NCBI GenBank assembly: GCA_963677895.2
Contig: CAXXGJ010000018.1
Coordinates: forward strand, 64,001 to 128,000
Length of the DNA: 64,000 bases
Reading direction: 5' to 3'
Source of the DNA: Treponemataceae bacterium
GTDB lineage: Bacteria; Spirochaetota; Spirochaetia; Treponematales; Rectinemataceae
A model generated the notes under the pieces. The model saw only the letters and a list, made by a program, of their open reading frames with translations, searched no databases and was not told the DNA's origin. The position numbers were made by a program, and so were the translations under genes. Position 1 is the stretch's first letter. The number at the start of each line of letters is the position of its first letter. Of this stretch, positions 47,501-57,641 are shown one piece after another.

Positions 47501-47674
47501 CGAAAAATCGGCCGCGTTTCCCGCGAATCCCGGATCTCGATAGCCTTGCTCGGCGGGAACGCGCTATCGGTGGACATCTCCCGGCTCGAAAAAGCCTTCG
47601 CGAGCGAGACATCGGCCGCTCTGGGAGATCAGCCGGGCGACGATGCCGAAATCGATATCGGAGGCGGAAAATGA
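44594..47674 (+). CDS. purL: FGAM synthase PurL with N-terminal PurS-like extension
   Basis: WSEHCFHKTF, KVETHNHPSA, GRDGIRGA, DCGAGG, SEAQERM, HDLSEGG; N-terminal PGVTDP and LLANPV; start 44579 or 44594. Confidence 0.93.
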   Translation: MGNQFPVYRFTIRELHPGARSSAVIVRGAQRLGLQKVSAVLRSEIYFVRGKIAPEELDLLGRFLFSDPVTQDFHVETCPVSKGGAKNAIEVAYHPGVTDPVADEILRSARELGISGIDAASTGQRFEIACTDGGALNEAELGLLASKLLANPVVQRYAIGFVEPSFPGLDETRIAVEKIPVHRLDDDGLAALNEERRAALDFGELAAIRDYFAAEGRACTDVEFEMLAQTWSEHCFHKTFKAVIDVENGEKAGLPERVDNILRSYIKAATDEIAAPWIVSAFKDNAGIMEFDDEYDISFKVETHNHPSAIEPFGGANTGVGGVIRDVVAVSARPIAVTDILCFGMPDLGKGKGRGGPVAGGQVAGGLSVDHIRTGVVAGVQDYGNKMGIPTVNGGIHYHAKYAANPLVYCGCAGIAPKGAFFSKPRVGDRIVSLGGRTGRDGIRGATFSSMTMDGATLDTAGSSVQIGAPIVEKKVTEIILAARDAGLYTGITDCGAGGLSSAVGEMASELGGDIELSEVRLKYSGLAPWEIWLSEAQERMVIAVPPENMKALAALCDNNDVEYCDLGHFTGDGRLVVHYRGEPILDLDCEFLHGGMPRRRLTASAPKATAPKAPAPTGNSSSTPPLETLYAEVMAHHAIASKEWAIRRYDHEVQGGTKIGPFAGMMQSGPADAAVIKPLETKGRKGIAISNGFNPRYGEADSYNAAASAIDEAVRNAVASGADPDRIAIVDNFCWGDPRKPENVWTLLRAAKACRDVSVAHRAPFFCGKDSFNNEFEGPDGSRIAIPPSLLISAMGIVPDIARSPTTDLKSGSGILYLVGEFSPVFPASVLQDILSGQEGQEEALSGEMNYGGSGPAFSAISPNVYRKLHSAILKSQVLSCHDLSEGGLGAALAEMCMGGGLGADIDLKIVEKAAFALAASGEPRNWPHPATGKDELLLFGETNGCFLAEIAPEKTTAFEASMAGLPCRKIGRVSRESRISIALLGGNALSVDISRLEKAFASETSAALGDQPGDDAEIDIGGGK

Positions 47675-48462
47675 AACCCAAGGCAATAGTCCTTCATGCC
47701 GCCGGGATCAATAGGGATACGGACGCGGTCTACGCGCTGGAGATGGCCGGCGCCGAAGTCAGGATTGTCCATGTCAACGAACTCAAATCCGACAGGAGCA
47801 TTCTCGCCGAAAGCCGGATTCTCGTGATCCCGGGCGGATTTTCCTATGCCGACGCTCTCGGCGCCGGCCGGCTTTTCGCCCTGGACATAGCCTCCTTTTT
47901 CAGGGACGAGGTGAGTGAATTCGTAGGAAAGGGCAAAGCGGTGATAGGCATCTGCAACGGCTTCCAGACCCTCGTCAAGGCCGGAATACTGCCCGACTTC
48001 GAGGTTGTTCCTTCCGACGGGGAAGAGCGTTATGCGACGCTGACCGACAACCTCAATCGCCGGTTCGAATGCAGATGGGTAACGATGAAAGCCGAGGAAA
48101 GTCCCTGCATCTGGACCAAGGATCTGACGGCGCCGGTCGTATGCCCCATCGCCCACGGAGAGGGAAGGTTTCTCGTCAAAGATAAAGTCCATCTCGAGGC
48201 TTTGCTGGCGAAAAAACTCGTCGCGTTCTCCTACGCTCTCCCGGACGGTTCGCCCGCCGCCGGCAGATACCCAGACAATCCCAACGGCTCCGTGGCCGAC
48301 ATCGCCGGCATCTGCAATCCCGAAGGAAACGTCCTGGGTCTCATGCCGCATCCCGAGGACAATATTTTTTCCGGTCCGGGGGCGAGGGCTTACCGCGGAG
48401 GAAAGGCCGGCGGCGGCCTCGACCTTTTTATCAACGGCGTGCGTTATGCGAAACAGTTATGA
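47671..48462 (+). CDS. purQ: FGAM synthase glutaminase subunit
   Basis: PGGFSYAD, GICNGFQ, IAHGEG, NPNGS, GLMPHPE. Confidence 0.95.
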   Translation: MKPKAIVLHAAGINRDTDAVYALEMAGAEVRIVHVNELKSDRSILAESRILVIPGGFSYADALGAGRLFALDIASFFRDEVSEFVGKGKAVIGICNGFQTLVKAGILPDFEVVPSDGEERYATLTDNLNRRFECRWVTMKAEESPCIWTKDLTAPVVCPIAHGEGRFLVKDKVHLEALLAKKLVAFSYALPDGSPAAGRYPDNPNGSVADIAGICNPEGNVLGLMPHPEDNIFSGPGARAYRGGKAGGGLDLFINGVRYAKQL

Positions 48463-48472
48463 GGAGCGATAT

Positions 48473-49447
48473 ATGATGGAACGCGACAGAATCCAGGCGA
48501 TGCTCCCCAAGGCTTTCATGGGCCTGGGCGAAGGGAAGAGAGAGAAGCATTCGGGAAAGGTGAGGGACTGGTACGTGCTGGACGATTCCAGCCGCCTCAT
48601 GGTGACGACGGATAGGCTTTCAGCCTTCGACCGGATCGTCGCGGCGGTGCCCTGGAAGGGCCAGGTCCTCAACGAGCTTTCGGCCTGGTGGAACGAAAAG
48701 ACGGCCGATATAGCCCCCAATCACCTCCTCTCTGTTCCCGATCCCAACGTTTCCATAGTCCGCGAAGCTTCCCCGCTCTCGGTCGAAGTGATCGTGCGCG
48801 GCTATATAACCGGCGTCACCTCCACGGCACTCTGGCGCCGCTATTCCGAGGGCGAGCGGAACATCTACGGATACGGTTTTCCCGAAGGCCTGCGAAAGAA
48901 CCAGCGTCTCCCTTCGCCGATAATAACGCCCACGACAAAAGCCGAGGCGGGGCAGCACGATGAGCGACTTACCATCAAAGAAGTGGTAGAAAAAGGCTTC
49001 GTCAACGCGAAAACCTGGGATCGCGTGATGGAAATCGCCCTCGCTCTCTTCGCCAGGGGAACGGAGGTCGCCGAAAAAGCGGGACTCATCCTCGTCGACA
49101 CGAAGTATGAATTCGGTCTCGACGCCGACGGAAAAGTGATCCTCATCGATGAAATCCATACGCCTGATTCCTCGCGCTACTGGCGCCTAGGCAGCTACGC
49201 GGCGCGCTTGGCCGAAGGCCGCGAGCCGGAAATTTTCGACAAGGAATTCGTGCGGATGCACTACGCGGAAACGGGGTACAGGGGCGACGGGGAAATTCCC
49301 AACCTGCCCGACGGCGTTTGGGCCGACACCGGCATTCTGTACCAGACGGCCTACGAGCTTCTGACCAGCCGGATCTTCGTCCCTGGCTCATATCCCGTGG
49401 AACCCAGGCTTCTGGCGAATCTCGAAAAAGCGGGGATAAATCTATGA
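48473..49447 (+). CDS. purC: SAICAR synthetase (long form)
   Basis: GKVRD, TDRLSAFD, TPTTKA, LVDTKYEFG, DEIHTPDSSRYW. Confidence 0.95.
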   Translation: MMERDRIQAMLPKAFMGLGEGKREKHSGKVRDWYVLDDSSRLMVTTDRLSAFDRIVAAVPWKGQVLNELSAWWNEKTADIAPNHLLSVPDPNVSIVREASPLSVEVIVRGYITGVTSTALWRRYSEGERNIYGYGFPEGLRKNQRLPSPIITPTTKAEAGQHDERLTIKEVVEKGFVNAKTWDRVMEIALALFARGTEVAEKAGLILVDTKYEFGLDADGKVILIDEIHTPDSSRYWRLGSYAARLAEGREPEIFDKEFVRMHYAETGYRGDGEIPNLPDGVWADTGILYQTAYELLTSRIFVPGSYPVEPRLLANLEKAGINL

Positions 49448-49953
49448 AGAAAAATCTCGCCGTCATTCTGATGGGCGCCAAATCGGACTACAGCCATGCG
49501 GAGCGCATAATAGAATGGTTGGATTATTTCGGCATCGAGCACGTGACGAGAATAGCCTCGGCCCACAAGACGCCCGAAAAATTGTTGAATATTCTCGAGG
49601 CGCAGGAGAAACAGAGCGACAATGTCGCCTATATCACGATTGCCGGATTATCCAACGCGCTTTCGGGGATGGTCGATTTCGCGACCGCGTTTCCCGTCAT
49701 AGCCTGTCCTCCTCCCTGCGACGCGTTCGGCGGAGCCGACGTTTTCTCTTCCCTGCGCATGCCTCCCGGCGTCGCGGCGGCTACGGTTCTGGAACCGCGC
49801 AACGCGGCTTTTTTCGTGGCTAAGCTTTTTGCCGCCGGCGATGAAGCCATAAAGGCCAAGATATACGCGTATCATGCCGAACAGCGCGAAAAGATCGATC
49901 GCGACGAACTCTCTTTGAACGAAGATTCGGAAAGGCAAGGCGCGGCACGATGA
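49444..49953 (+). CDS. purE: AIR carboxylase, class II-type PurE
   Basis: ILMGAKSD, SAHKTP, AGLSNALSG, SSLRMPPG. Confidence 0.9.
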   Translation: MKKNLAVILMGAKSDYSHAERIIEWLDYFGIEHVTRIASAHKTPEKLLNILEAQEKQSDNVAYITIAGLSNALSGMVDFATAFPVIACPPPCDAFGGADVFSSLRMPPGVAAATVLEPRNAAFFVAKLFAAGDEAIKAKIYAYHAEQREKIDRDELSLNEDSERQGAAR

Positions 49954-51377
49954 TGGAAGAAAACTGGCTGATGGAGGACAATCCGCATGAAGAATGCGGC
50001 GTCATGGCCATTTACGCGCCGGGAAAGGACGCGTCGAGGCTCGCGTATTACGGGCTTTTCGCGCTCCAGCACAGAGGCCAGGAATCGGCCGGCATCGCCG
50101 CCTTCGACGGGAATGTCATCAACTCGAAGAAGAATCTGGGCTTGGTTTCCCAGGTGTTTTCCGAAGCCGATATCGAAAGCCTCGCGGGCAGCCTGGCCAT
50201 CGGCCATAACCGCTATTCCACGACGGGTTCCTCGAACGTGCGCAACGCGCAGCCCTTCATCATAGATTCCCGCCACGGACCCATAGCTCTCGCGCACAAC
50301 GGCAATATCGTCAACGCGAGCGAGATCCGTAAAAGGCTTTTGGACAAGGGCATCGGACTCACCTCGGCGAGCGACACCGAGCTGATGATCATGGATCTCG
50401 CGGGATCGGACAAGAAAGACTGGGCTTCGCGCATTCGATCCACCATGGCTTCCTGGGTGGGCGCCTTCTCATTCGTGGCCCTCACGCCGGACGGCGTTTT
50501 CGCCGCGAGGGATCCCTGGGGCTTAAGACCTCTCGCCTATGGGTTCACGGCGGAGAAAGCCTTCGTCGTCGCGTCCGAAACCTGCGCCCTCTCGACGCTG
50601 GGCTGCCATGAAATCCACGAAATAGAAGCGGGACAGATCGTTTCCTGCGACGCAAGCGGAGCGGTGAAAATTTGCGACGCGCCGCGGAAGACGAAAAAGA
50701 AACGTCAGGCATCCTGCGTCTTCGAATTCATCTATTTTTCCCGGCCGGACAGCGTATGGAACGGCCTTTCCGTCCATGAAGTGCGCAGGCGCTTCGGGGA
50801 GGAACTGGCCAGATCTTCACCCGTCGATGCCGATCTCGTAATCCCCGTGCCCGATTCTTCCATTTCCGCCGCGATAGGCTATTCGGGAGCCTCCGGCGTC
50901 CCCTACGGCGAGGCCTTCGTAAAGAACCGCTATATAGGCAGGACCTTCATCGAACCTACAACCTTCCTTCGCAAGCGGGGCGTCTCCCTTAAGTTCAACG
51001 TTCTCCACGATTCCGTGAAAGGCAAAAGGATCGTCGTCATTGACGATTCCATTGTGAGGGGCAATACGATACGGCCTCTCGTCGCTCTCCTGAAGAATGC
51101 CGGGGCGAAGGAAGTCCATGTGCGGGTCGCGAGCCCCCCGGTGAAATATTCCTGCATGATGGGCGTCGACATGGGCCAGCGCCGCGAGCTCATCGCGAAT
51201 ATTCTCCCCATCGCCGAAATGGCCAAGTGGAGCGGCGCCGATTCGCTCTCATACCTGTCGCTCGAATCGGTGGGCAAAGCCATCGGCGATATCGACGACT
51301 ATTGTACCGCATGTTTTTCCGGGATCTATCCCTTCGACGTGGGGACCTCCGAATCCAAAGAGAGGTTCGAATTCTGA
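49950..51377 (+). CDS. purF: Amidophosphoribosyltransferase
   Basis: EECGV, LQHRGQESAG, GHNRYST, CVFEFIYFSRPDS, IDDSIVRG. Confidence 0.95.
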   Translation: MMEENWLMEDNPHEECGVMAIYAPGKDASRLAYYGLFALQHRGQESAGIAAFDGNVINSKKNLGLVSQVFSEADIESLAGSLAIGHNRYSTTGSSNVRNAQPFIIDSRHGPIALAHNGNIVNASEIRKRLLDKGIGLTSASDTELMIMDLAGSDKKDWASRIRSTMASWVGAFSFVALTPDGVFAARDPWGLRPLAYGFTAEKAFVVASETCALSTLGCHEIHEIEAGQIVSCDASGAVKICDAPRKTKKKRQASCVFEFIYFSRPDSVWNGLSVHEVRRRFGEELARSSPVDADLVIPVPDSSISAAIGYSGASGVPYGEAFVKNRYIGRTFIEPTTFLRKRGVSLKFNVLHDSVKGKRIVVIDDSIVRGNTIRPLVALLKNAGAKEVHVRVASPPVKYSCMMGVDMGQRRELIANILPIAEMAKWSGADSLSYLSLESVGKAIGDIDDYCTACFSGIYPFDVGTSESKERFEF

Positions 51378-51396
51378 TGCCAGGAGTGAAGACCGC

Positions 51397-53748
51397 ATGA
51401 AAGTACTTCTTGTCGGATCAGGCGCCAGGGAACATGCCCTCGCGTGGAAGATGAGCGCTTCGCCGCTCCTCGACGCTCTGTACTGCGCGCCGGGCAACGC
51501 GGGAACCGCGTTGTACGGTTCGAATGTGGATATCGCCCAGGGCGATGTGGACCGGCTTGCCGAATTCGCCGCGGCCAACGCCATCGATCTCGTCGTCGTC
51601 GGCCCCGAGCTGCCTCTCTCCCTTGGACTGGCTGAAAAGCTCCGGTCGGTATCGGCTGGCGGCCGGCCGCTCTGTTTCGGTCCCTCATCGGCGGCGGCCA
51701 GGATAGAATCCTCGAAATCATTCTCCAAGGAATTCATGCGGAAGTATGGCATACCTACCGCCGATTTCAGGGTGTTTTCCTCTTATGATAAAGCGCTCAA
51801 CTTCATTCGCGACGCGCCTTGGCCTTTCGTCATAAAAGCCTCAGGCCTCGCATCCGGAAAGGGCGTTTTCCTTCCCGTGTCGTCGCGGGAAGCCGAAGAA
51901 ATCCTGGCCATGGTCATGAAAGAAAAGAAGTTGGGCGATGCTGGCGCCGAGGTCGTGATCGAGGAGCGTCTGTCAGGCGAAGAAATCTCCATACTCGGAT
52001 TCTGCGACAGTTCCAGCGTCAGCGTCATGCCGCCCGCGCAGGATCACAAAAGGCTCCTGGAAAACGACGTCGGCCCGAATACGGGAGGCATGGGCGCGAT
52101 CGCTTCGGCAAAGCCGGTCCCCTTCGGCCGCGCCCGCGACTTTGCCGATCTGTTCCTGAAGCCCGTCTGCGAAGGCCTGGCCGCTGAGGGAAGTCCTTTT
52201 ATCGGCGTTCTGTACGCGGGGATCATTCTCACCGAGGATGGACCCAAGGTTCTCGAATACAATTGCCGCTTCGGCGACCCCGAGACGGAAGCGATACTCC
52301 CTCTGCTCGAATCCGATATAGTCGAAATCTTCGACGCCTGCGCCAGAGGCCGCCTCGGCGAAATGAAGATCGATTGGGCGGACAAGGCCGCGGCCTGCGT
52401 CATCATAGCCTCCGATAGTTATGCGACCGATGTCCGCGACGACAGCCAGCGGGAAGTGAAGGATTTCGGCGGAAGCCCCAATTCCGTTCTCTTCCACGCG
52501 GCAACCCATCTTGCCGGCGACGGAAAGGTGATGGCCGCCGGCGGTAGACTTCTGTGCACCTCGGCCTGGGCGGATTCGGTGGATGAGGCGCTCGAGGAAG
52601 CCTATGCCAGAGTCGCTCGCGTCGAAGTCCCGTTTTCGCGATACAGAAAAGATATCGGCCGGGGCAAAACCTTCCTGATGCTCAACGGATTCGGCGGATC
52701 GGCAGCGTCCTACGCGTCGGCCGGCGTCGATATCGACGCCGGGGACAGGGCCGTCGAGCTCATGAGCGCAGCCGTAAAATCCACCTACGGACCGGAAGTG
52801 CTCGCGGGCATCGGTTCCTTCGGCGGCATGTACGACGCGTCCGCTCTCAAGACGATGGACGATCCCGTGCTTGTGTCCTCCACCGACGGCGTCGGCACGA
52901 AGGTGAAACTGGCTGCCTTCAGGAAAAGCTACGAAAGCATAGGCCAGGATATAGTCAATCACTGCATCGACGACATTCTCGTGCAGGGAGCGAGGCCCCT
53001 GTTTTTCCTGGATTACATCGCCACTTCGAAGCTCGATCCTTCGATGATCGCCGAAGCCGTCGGCGGAATGGCCAAGGCCTGCAGGGAATCGGGCTGCGCC
53101 CTCATCGGCGGCGAGACCGCCGAGATGCCCGGCGTCTATATGCCGAACGAATTCGACGTAGCCGGCGCCATCGTCGGACTCGCCGAGAAAAAACGGATGC
53201 TCCCGCTCAAAACGATGCGCGCCGGAGATCTTCTCCTCGGCTTTCCCTCGAGCGGGCCGCATACGAACGGCTTTTCCCTGATAAGGAAGATTTTTTCCGA
53301 AAAAGAATTCGGCGGCTACGCCGAAATCCTTGGTCGGTCTTTATCGGAAGCCCTTCTCGCGCCGCATCGCTCCTATCTGCCCGTCCTCTGGCCCGTCCTT
53401 CAAAAGGGGCCGGGGCTCATCAAGGCGCTCGCCCACATCACCGGCGCGGGATTCGAAGGCAACGTGCCCCGAATACTGCCGCCGGATCTCGATGCCCATA
53501 TAAGGATGGATTCCTGGCCTATGCCGCCGCTGTTCCGCCTGATCATGGAAAAGGGCGGCATCGACGAGCTGGAAATGTATAGAGTATTCAACATGGGCAT
53601 CGGGATGGTGGCCGTCGCGGCCCCAACCGACGTGGATGCTATCGCTAGTCTGTCAGGCAACCCTTTCTTCGTCATCGGCGAACTGCGGCCTGGCACAGGA
53701 TTGGCGGTCATGGGAAAAAGCGCGCATTCAGTGCGGGGCCGAGCGTGA
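51397..53748 (+). CDS. purD: Bifunctional GAR synthetase/AIR synthetase (PurD-PurM fusion)
   Basis: N-half: GSGAREHAL, QDHKR, GPNTGGMG, EYNCRFGDPE. C-half: YASAGVDID, STDGVGTK, GGETAEMPG, HITGAG, FNMGIG. One uninterrupted ORF. Confidence 0.95.
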   Translation: MKVLLVGSGAREHALAWKMSASPLLDALYCAPGNAGTALYGSNVDIAQGDVDRLAEFAAANAIDLVVVGPELPLSLGLAEKLRSVSAGGRPLCFGPSSAAARIESSKSFSKEFMRKYGIPTADFRVFSSYDKALNFIRDAPWPFVIKASGLASGKGVFLPVSSREAEEILAMVMKEKKLGDAGAEVVIEERLSGEEISILGFCDSSSVSVMPPAQDHKRLLENDVGPNTGGMGAIASAKPVPFGRARDFADLFLKPVCEGLAAEGSPFIGVLYAGIILTEDGPKVLEYNCRFGDPETEAILPLLESDIVEIFDACARGRLGEMKIDWADKAAACVIIASDSYATDVRDDSQREVKDFGGSPNSVLFHAATHLAGDGKVMAAGGRLLCTSAWADSVDEALEEAYARVARVEVPFSRYRKDIGRGKTFLMLNGFGGSAASYASAGVDIDAGDRAVELMSAAVKSTYGPEVLAGIGSFGGMYDASALKTMDDPVLVSSTDGVGTKVKLAAFRKSYESIGQDIVNHCIDDILVQGARPLFFLDYIATSKLDPSMIAEAVGGMAKACRESGCALIGGETAEMPGVYMPNEFDVAGAIVGLAEKKRMLPLKTMRAGDLLLGFPSSGPHTNGFSLIRKIFSEKEFGGYAEILGRSLSEALLAPHRSYLPVLWPVLQKGPGLIKALAHITGAGFEGNVPRILPPDLDAHIRMDSWPMPPLFRLIMEKGGIDELEMYRVFNMGIGMVAVAAPTDVDAIASLSGNPFFVIGELRPGTGLAVMGKSAHSVRGRA

Positions 53749-54401
53749 ACCCCTCAGGCGAAACGCGCTTCGTCGTGATGGTGTCGGGCAACGGCTCCAA
53801 TCTGCAAGCGTTGATCGACGCCATAGAAAAAGGCGAAGTGAAAGCCTCTATCGTCCTCGTGGTCTCCTCGGATCCGGAAGCCTACGCGCTGCGGCGCGCT
53901 GAAAAAGCAGGACTACCGTCCATCGTTCTGCCGTACAGGCGCGATCCGAAGCTCGAGAAAGAAGCCTCGCGCAGGGCCTATGACAGAACGCTCGCCGAGA
54001 CCCTCGCGCCATATCGGGCCGATTACATATTCCTCCTCGGGTGGATGCGCATCCTGAGCGCCGAGTTCACGACGCGATTTCCCGGCGGAATCGTCAACCT
54101 GCATCCGGCGCTTCCGGGCATGTTTCCCGGGACCCACGCCATCGAAAGAGCCTGGGACGCCTGCGCCAGGGGAGAAATCATTGAGTCGGGCGTCATGACT
54201 CATTTCGTCCCGGACGAATGCGTAGACGCCGGCCCCGTGATCGCTTTCGAGCGTGTCTCGATGGACAGGACGGAGACCCTCGATGCCTTCGAGAAAAGGA
54301 TGCACGATACCGAACATCTTCTCGTCACTCGAACGGCCGCGATGCTCGGCTCGATTTCTTCCGCACAGAGAAAGGAGACTGAAGAATGCCCCAGGCGATA
54401 A
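53745..54401 (+). CDS. purN: Phosphoribosylglycinamide formyltransferase
   Basis: SGNGSNLQA, GWMRIL, NLHPALP, DAGPVI. Confidence 0.94.
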   Translation: MNPSGETRFVVMVSGNGSNLQALIDAIEKGEVKASIVLVVSSDPEAYALRRAEKAGLPSIVLPYRRDPKLEKEASRRAYDRTLAETLAPYRADYIFLLGWMRILSAEFTTRFPGGIVNLHPALPGMFPGTHAIERAWDACARGEIIESGVMTHFVPDECVDAGPVIAFERVSMDRTETLDAFEKRMHDTEHLLVTRTAAMLGSISSAQRKETEECPRR

Positions 54402-55927
54402 TTTCCGTTTACGATAAAACCGGCCTTGTCGAATTCGCGGGAAAGCTGTCGAAGTTGGGTTGGTCCATCCTCGCTTCCGGAGGCACGGCCAAAGCCTTGC
54501 GTGAAGCGGGAATCGCCGTCGAGGAAATCGCCGACTACACCGGCGCGCCCGAGATCCTGGGAGGCAGGGTGAAAACCCTCCATCCCGCCGTGCACGGAGG
54601 GATTCTCGCGCGCGCGGCGGGCGAGGATCTCGATGAAATCCGGAAGCTGGGATACAAGGCCGTCGACCTCGTCGTCGTGGATCTTTACCCCTTCGAAAAG
54701 ACGGTGGCCGATCCCGCCCGCGGCCGCTCCGACGCCATCGAGCAGATCGATATCGGAGGCGTAGCGCTGATCAGGGCGGGCGCGAAAAATCACGAGCGGG
54801 TGACCGTCCTCTGCGATATCGCCGATTATGAACCTGTGCTGAGCGAGCTCGAATCCGCCGGTTCGGTTTCTGAAGCCACAAGGAGAAGCCTCGCCGCCAA
54901 AGCCTTCGCGAAGACGGCTGCGTATGATGCCGCCATAGCGGCCTGGTTCGCGGACCAGGCGAAATCGGCGGACTCGATGCGGGAGGAAACGATTTTCACG
55001 CTTAGCGGCTGGAAAGCGCAAGATCTCCGTTACGGGGAAAACCCGCACCAGAGCGCCGAACTCTATGCCTTCGAAAAAGGGAAGGGTCCGCTCGGAGGCC
55101 ATATCCTCCAGGGCAAGGAATTATCCTACAACAATATCCTGGACCTGGACGCTGCCTGGCATGCCGTTGGCCGATTCCGGAACCCGGCAGTCGTCGTGGT
55201 GAAGCATCTTTCCCCCTGCGGCATAGCGGAAGCGGAAAGCGCGGACGCGGCCTGTCTCCACGAAGTCCTGGAGCGCGCCATCGCCTGCGATCCCACATCC
55301 GCCTTCGGCGGTGTGATAGCGGTCAACGCTGTTTTCACGGCCGACTGCGCCAGAAGTCTAGGCAAACTTTTCGCGGAGTGCATCGCCGCTCCGGGGTTCG
55401 ACGATGAAGCCCTGGACCTTCTCGCCAAGAAGAAAAACCTCAGGCTCGTTATACCGGGAAACGGAATCCAGCGCGTGGAGATAAGGACGGTATTCGGCGG
55501 ATTCCTCCGCCAGGATGTCGACGCGGGCGATCCCGAGGAGACAGAATGGAAAACCGTTTCCAGGCGCGCTCCGACCGAAACGGAGTTGCGCGATCTCCGC
55601 TTCGCGTGGAAGGCCTGCATGTCCGTAAAATCCAACGCCATCGTGTTCGCCAAGGGCGGCGCGACGGTGGGCATAGGCGGCGGCCAGCCCAACAGAGTGG
55701 ATTCGGTGCGCATCGCCGCCCAGAGGGCGGGCGCGAAAGCCGCGGGTTCGGTGCTCGCTTCCGACGCGTTCTTCCCGTTTCCGGACTCCATCGAGGAAGC
55801 CGCCAAGGCCGGCATAACGGCCGTCGCGCATCCAGGCGGTTCCATCAGGGACGCCGAATCCATAGAAGCGGCGGATAGAGCGGGCATCGCGATGGTGCTC
55901 GTCGGCGTCCGCCATTTTCGACATTAA
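54386..55927 (+). CDS. purH: Bifunctional AICAR transformylase/IMP cyclohydrolase
   Basis: SVYDKTG, GRVKTLHP, IDIGG, LRYGENPHQ, ASDAFFPFPD, RHFRH. Confidence 0.96.
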   Translation: MPQAIISVYDKTGLVEFAGKLSKLGWSILASGGTAKALREAGIAVEEIADYTGAPEILGGRVKTLHPAVHGGILARAAGEDLDEIRKLGYKAVDLVVVDLYPFEKTVADPARGRSDAIEQIDIGGVALIRAGAKNHERVTVLCDIADYEPVLSELESAGSVSEATRRSLAAKAFAKTAAYDAAIAAWFADQAKSADSMREETIFTLSGWKAQDLRYGENPHQSAELYAFEKGKGPLGGHILQGKELSYNNILDLDAAWHAVGRFRNPAVVVVKHLSPCGIAEAESADAACLHEVLERAIACDPTSAFGGVIAVNAVFTADCARSLGKLFAECIAAPGFDDEALDLLAKKKNLRLVIPGNGIQRVEIRTVFGGFLRQDVDAGDPEETEWKTVSRRAPTETELRDLRFAWKACMSVKSNAIVFAKGGATVGIGGGQPNRVDSVRIAAQRAGAKAAGSVLASDAFFPFPDSIEEAAKAGITAVAHPGGSIRDAESIEAADRAGIAMVLVGVRHFRH

Positions 55928-55936
55928 AACAGAGAC

Positions 55937-55969
55937 GCTTGTAGCGTCGCAACAAGCGCCGCTACAAGC
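55937..55969 (+). terminator. Intercistronic hairpin between purH and guaB
   Basis: GCTTGTAGCG/CGCTACAAGC stem; no U-tract. Confidence 0.45.
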
Positions 55970-55994
55970 AACTTAACGAACGGAGGATATACAG

Positions 55995-57476
55995 ATGAAC
56001 GAAGAGATTTTCAAGTCCAACACGGCGCTGACTTTTGACGACGTGCTCATCGTGCCGGCGTACAGCGAGATTCTGCCGGCTTATATCGATACGAAAGTGC
56101 GTATCGCGCGCGACCTCACCCTCAACATACCCCTTCTCTCGGCGGCGATGGATACGGTCACCGAGTCCGCCCTCGCGATCGCCCTGGCCAGGATGGGCGG
56201 AATGGGCGTCATACACAGAAACATGTCTCCCGAGCAGCAGGCCGGAGAAGTGGATAAGGTCAAGCGATCCGAATCGGGCATGATTCTGGATCCCGTGTGC
56301 CTTGAAAAGGAAGCCTCCCTTTCCGAAGCCCGCGAACTCATGCAGAAATTCCGCATCTCGGGCATCCCTATCACGAGCGGCCCAGAGAAAAAACTCGTGG
56401 GAATACTCACCAACAGAGATATCCGTTTCTGCGCCGCGGAGGATTACGACAAGCCGGTGAGCAGCTTCATGACAAGCGAGCGGCTTATCACCGCCAGGGT
56501 GGGCACGACGCTCGAGCAAGCCAGGAATATACTCCAGGAACACCGCATAGAAAAGCTGCCCCTGACCGACGAAAGGGGAAGGCTCAAGGGCCTCATCACG
56601 GTCAAGGACATAGCCAAGAAAGCCGACTATCCCAACGCCGCCCTCGATTCCTCCGGCCGCCTCCGCGTGGCGGCGGCGGTGGGCGTGGGCTCCGACCTCG
56701 AGCAGCGCGTCGCTCTTCTCGTGTCCAAGAAGGTCGATGCTCTCATCATCGATACGGCCCACGGCCATTCCAAGGGAGTCATCGAGGCGATAAAGAGAAT
56801 AAGGGCGGTGGCGTCCGAACTTTCCATCATAGCGGGCAATGTGGTGACTGCCGAAGGCGTGGAAGCCCTGGCCAAGGCGGGCGCGGACGCCGTGAAAATC
56901 GGCGTGGGCGCGGGTTCCATCTGCACCACCCGCATCATCTCCGGAGCGGGCATGCCCCAGCTCTCCGCCATCTATCACTGCGCCAAGGCGGCCGAACGAT
57001 TCGGCATCCCCGTGATCGCCGACGGCGGCATCAAATTCTCGGGCGACATGGTGAAATCGATAGCCGCGGGAGCCCACGCCATCATGCTCGGCAACCTTCT
57101 CGCCGGCCTCGAGGAGTCGCCCGGCGAACTCGTCCTCTACAACGGCAGGCAGTACAAGACCTACCGCGGCATGGGCTCGCTCGCCGCCCTTCAGGGCTAC
57201 GGCAAGGACCGCTACGCGACCGGCATCGGCGCCTCGGACAAGCTTGTTCCCGAAGGCGTCGAGGGCATGATTCCCTACAAAGGCAAGCTTTCGGACTTCG
57301 TCTATCAGCTCATCGGCGGCCTGAGATCGGGCTGCGGCTACGCCGGCGCCGGCTGCCTCGAAGACCTGCGCACCAAGACCCGCCTCACCAGAATCACGAA
57401 CGCTGGACTCATCGAGAGCCACGCGCACAACATAACCATCACGAGGGAAGCCCCCAACTATCAGCGCGGCGAGTGA
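55995..57476 (+). CDS. guaB: IMP dehydrogenase
   Basis: [20 protein letters not shown] pair, GSICTTR, YRGMGS, VPEGVEG. Confidence 0.96.
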   Translation: MNEEIFKSNTALTFDDVLIVPAYSEILPAYIDTKVRIARDLTLNIPLLSAAMDTVTESALAIALARMGGMGVIHRNMSPEQQAGEVDKVKRSESGMILDPVCLEKEASLSEARELMQKFRISGIPITSGPEKKLVGILTNRDIRFCAAEDYDKPVSSFMTSERLITARVGTTLEQARNILQEHRIEKLPLTDERGRLKGLITVKDIAKKADYPNAALDSSGRLRVAAAVGVGSDLEQRVALLVSKKVDALIIDTAHGHSKGVIEAIKRIRAVASELSIIAGNVVTAEGVEALAKAGADAVKIGVGAGSICTTRIISGAGMPQLSAIYHCAKAAERFGIPVIADGGIKFSGDMVKSIAAGAHAIMLGNLLAGLEESPGELVLYNGRQYKTYRGMGSLAALQGYGKDRYATGIGASDKLVPEGVEGMIPYKGKLSDFVYQLIGGLRSGCGYAGAGCLEDLRTKTRLTRITNAGLIESHAHNITITREAPNYQRGE

Positions 57477-57512
57477 CCGCCGGCATCTCGAGCCTGCCCG
57501 GTAACCCAGGCA

Positions 57513-57563
57513 TAAGCGGCGGAGGAGGACCCGAGAGGGCTTCCTTCGCCGCTTAATTTTTTT
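57513..57563 (+). terminator. Rho-independent terminator of the pur-guaB cluster
   Basis: TAAGCGGCGGAGGA/TCCTTCGCCGCTTA stem followed by A and a T-run. Confidence 0.75.
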
Positions 57564-57641
57564 CACGAATGGATAATCGTTGATTGCGGCGATATACTTC
57601 CGATAAAGATTATAGGGATTTTTCCGTATCAAGGAGTCGTC

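Noticed and set aside
47284..47670. Long N-terminal extension of purQ
   Set aside because: It overlaps purL; SD GGAGG and an ATGA overlap support ATG 47671.
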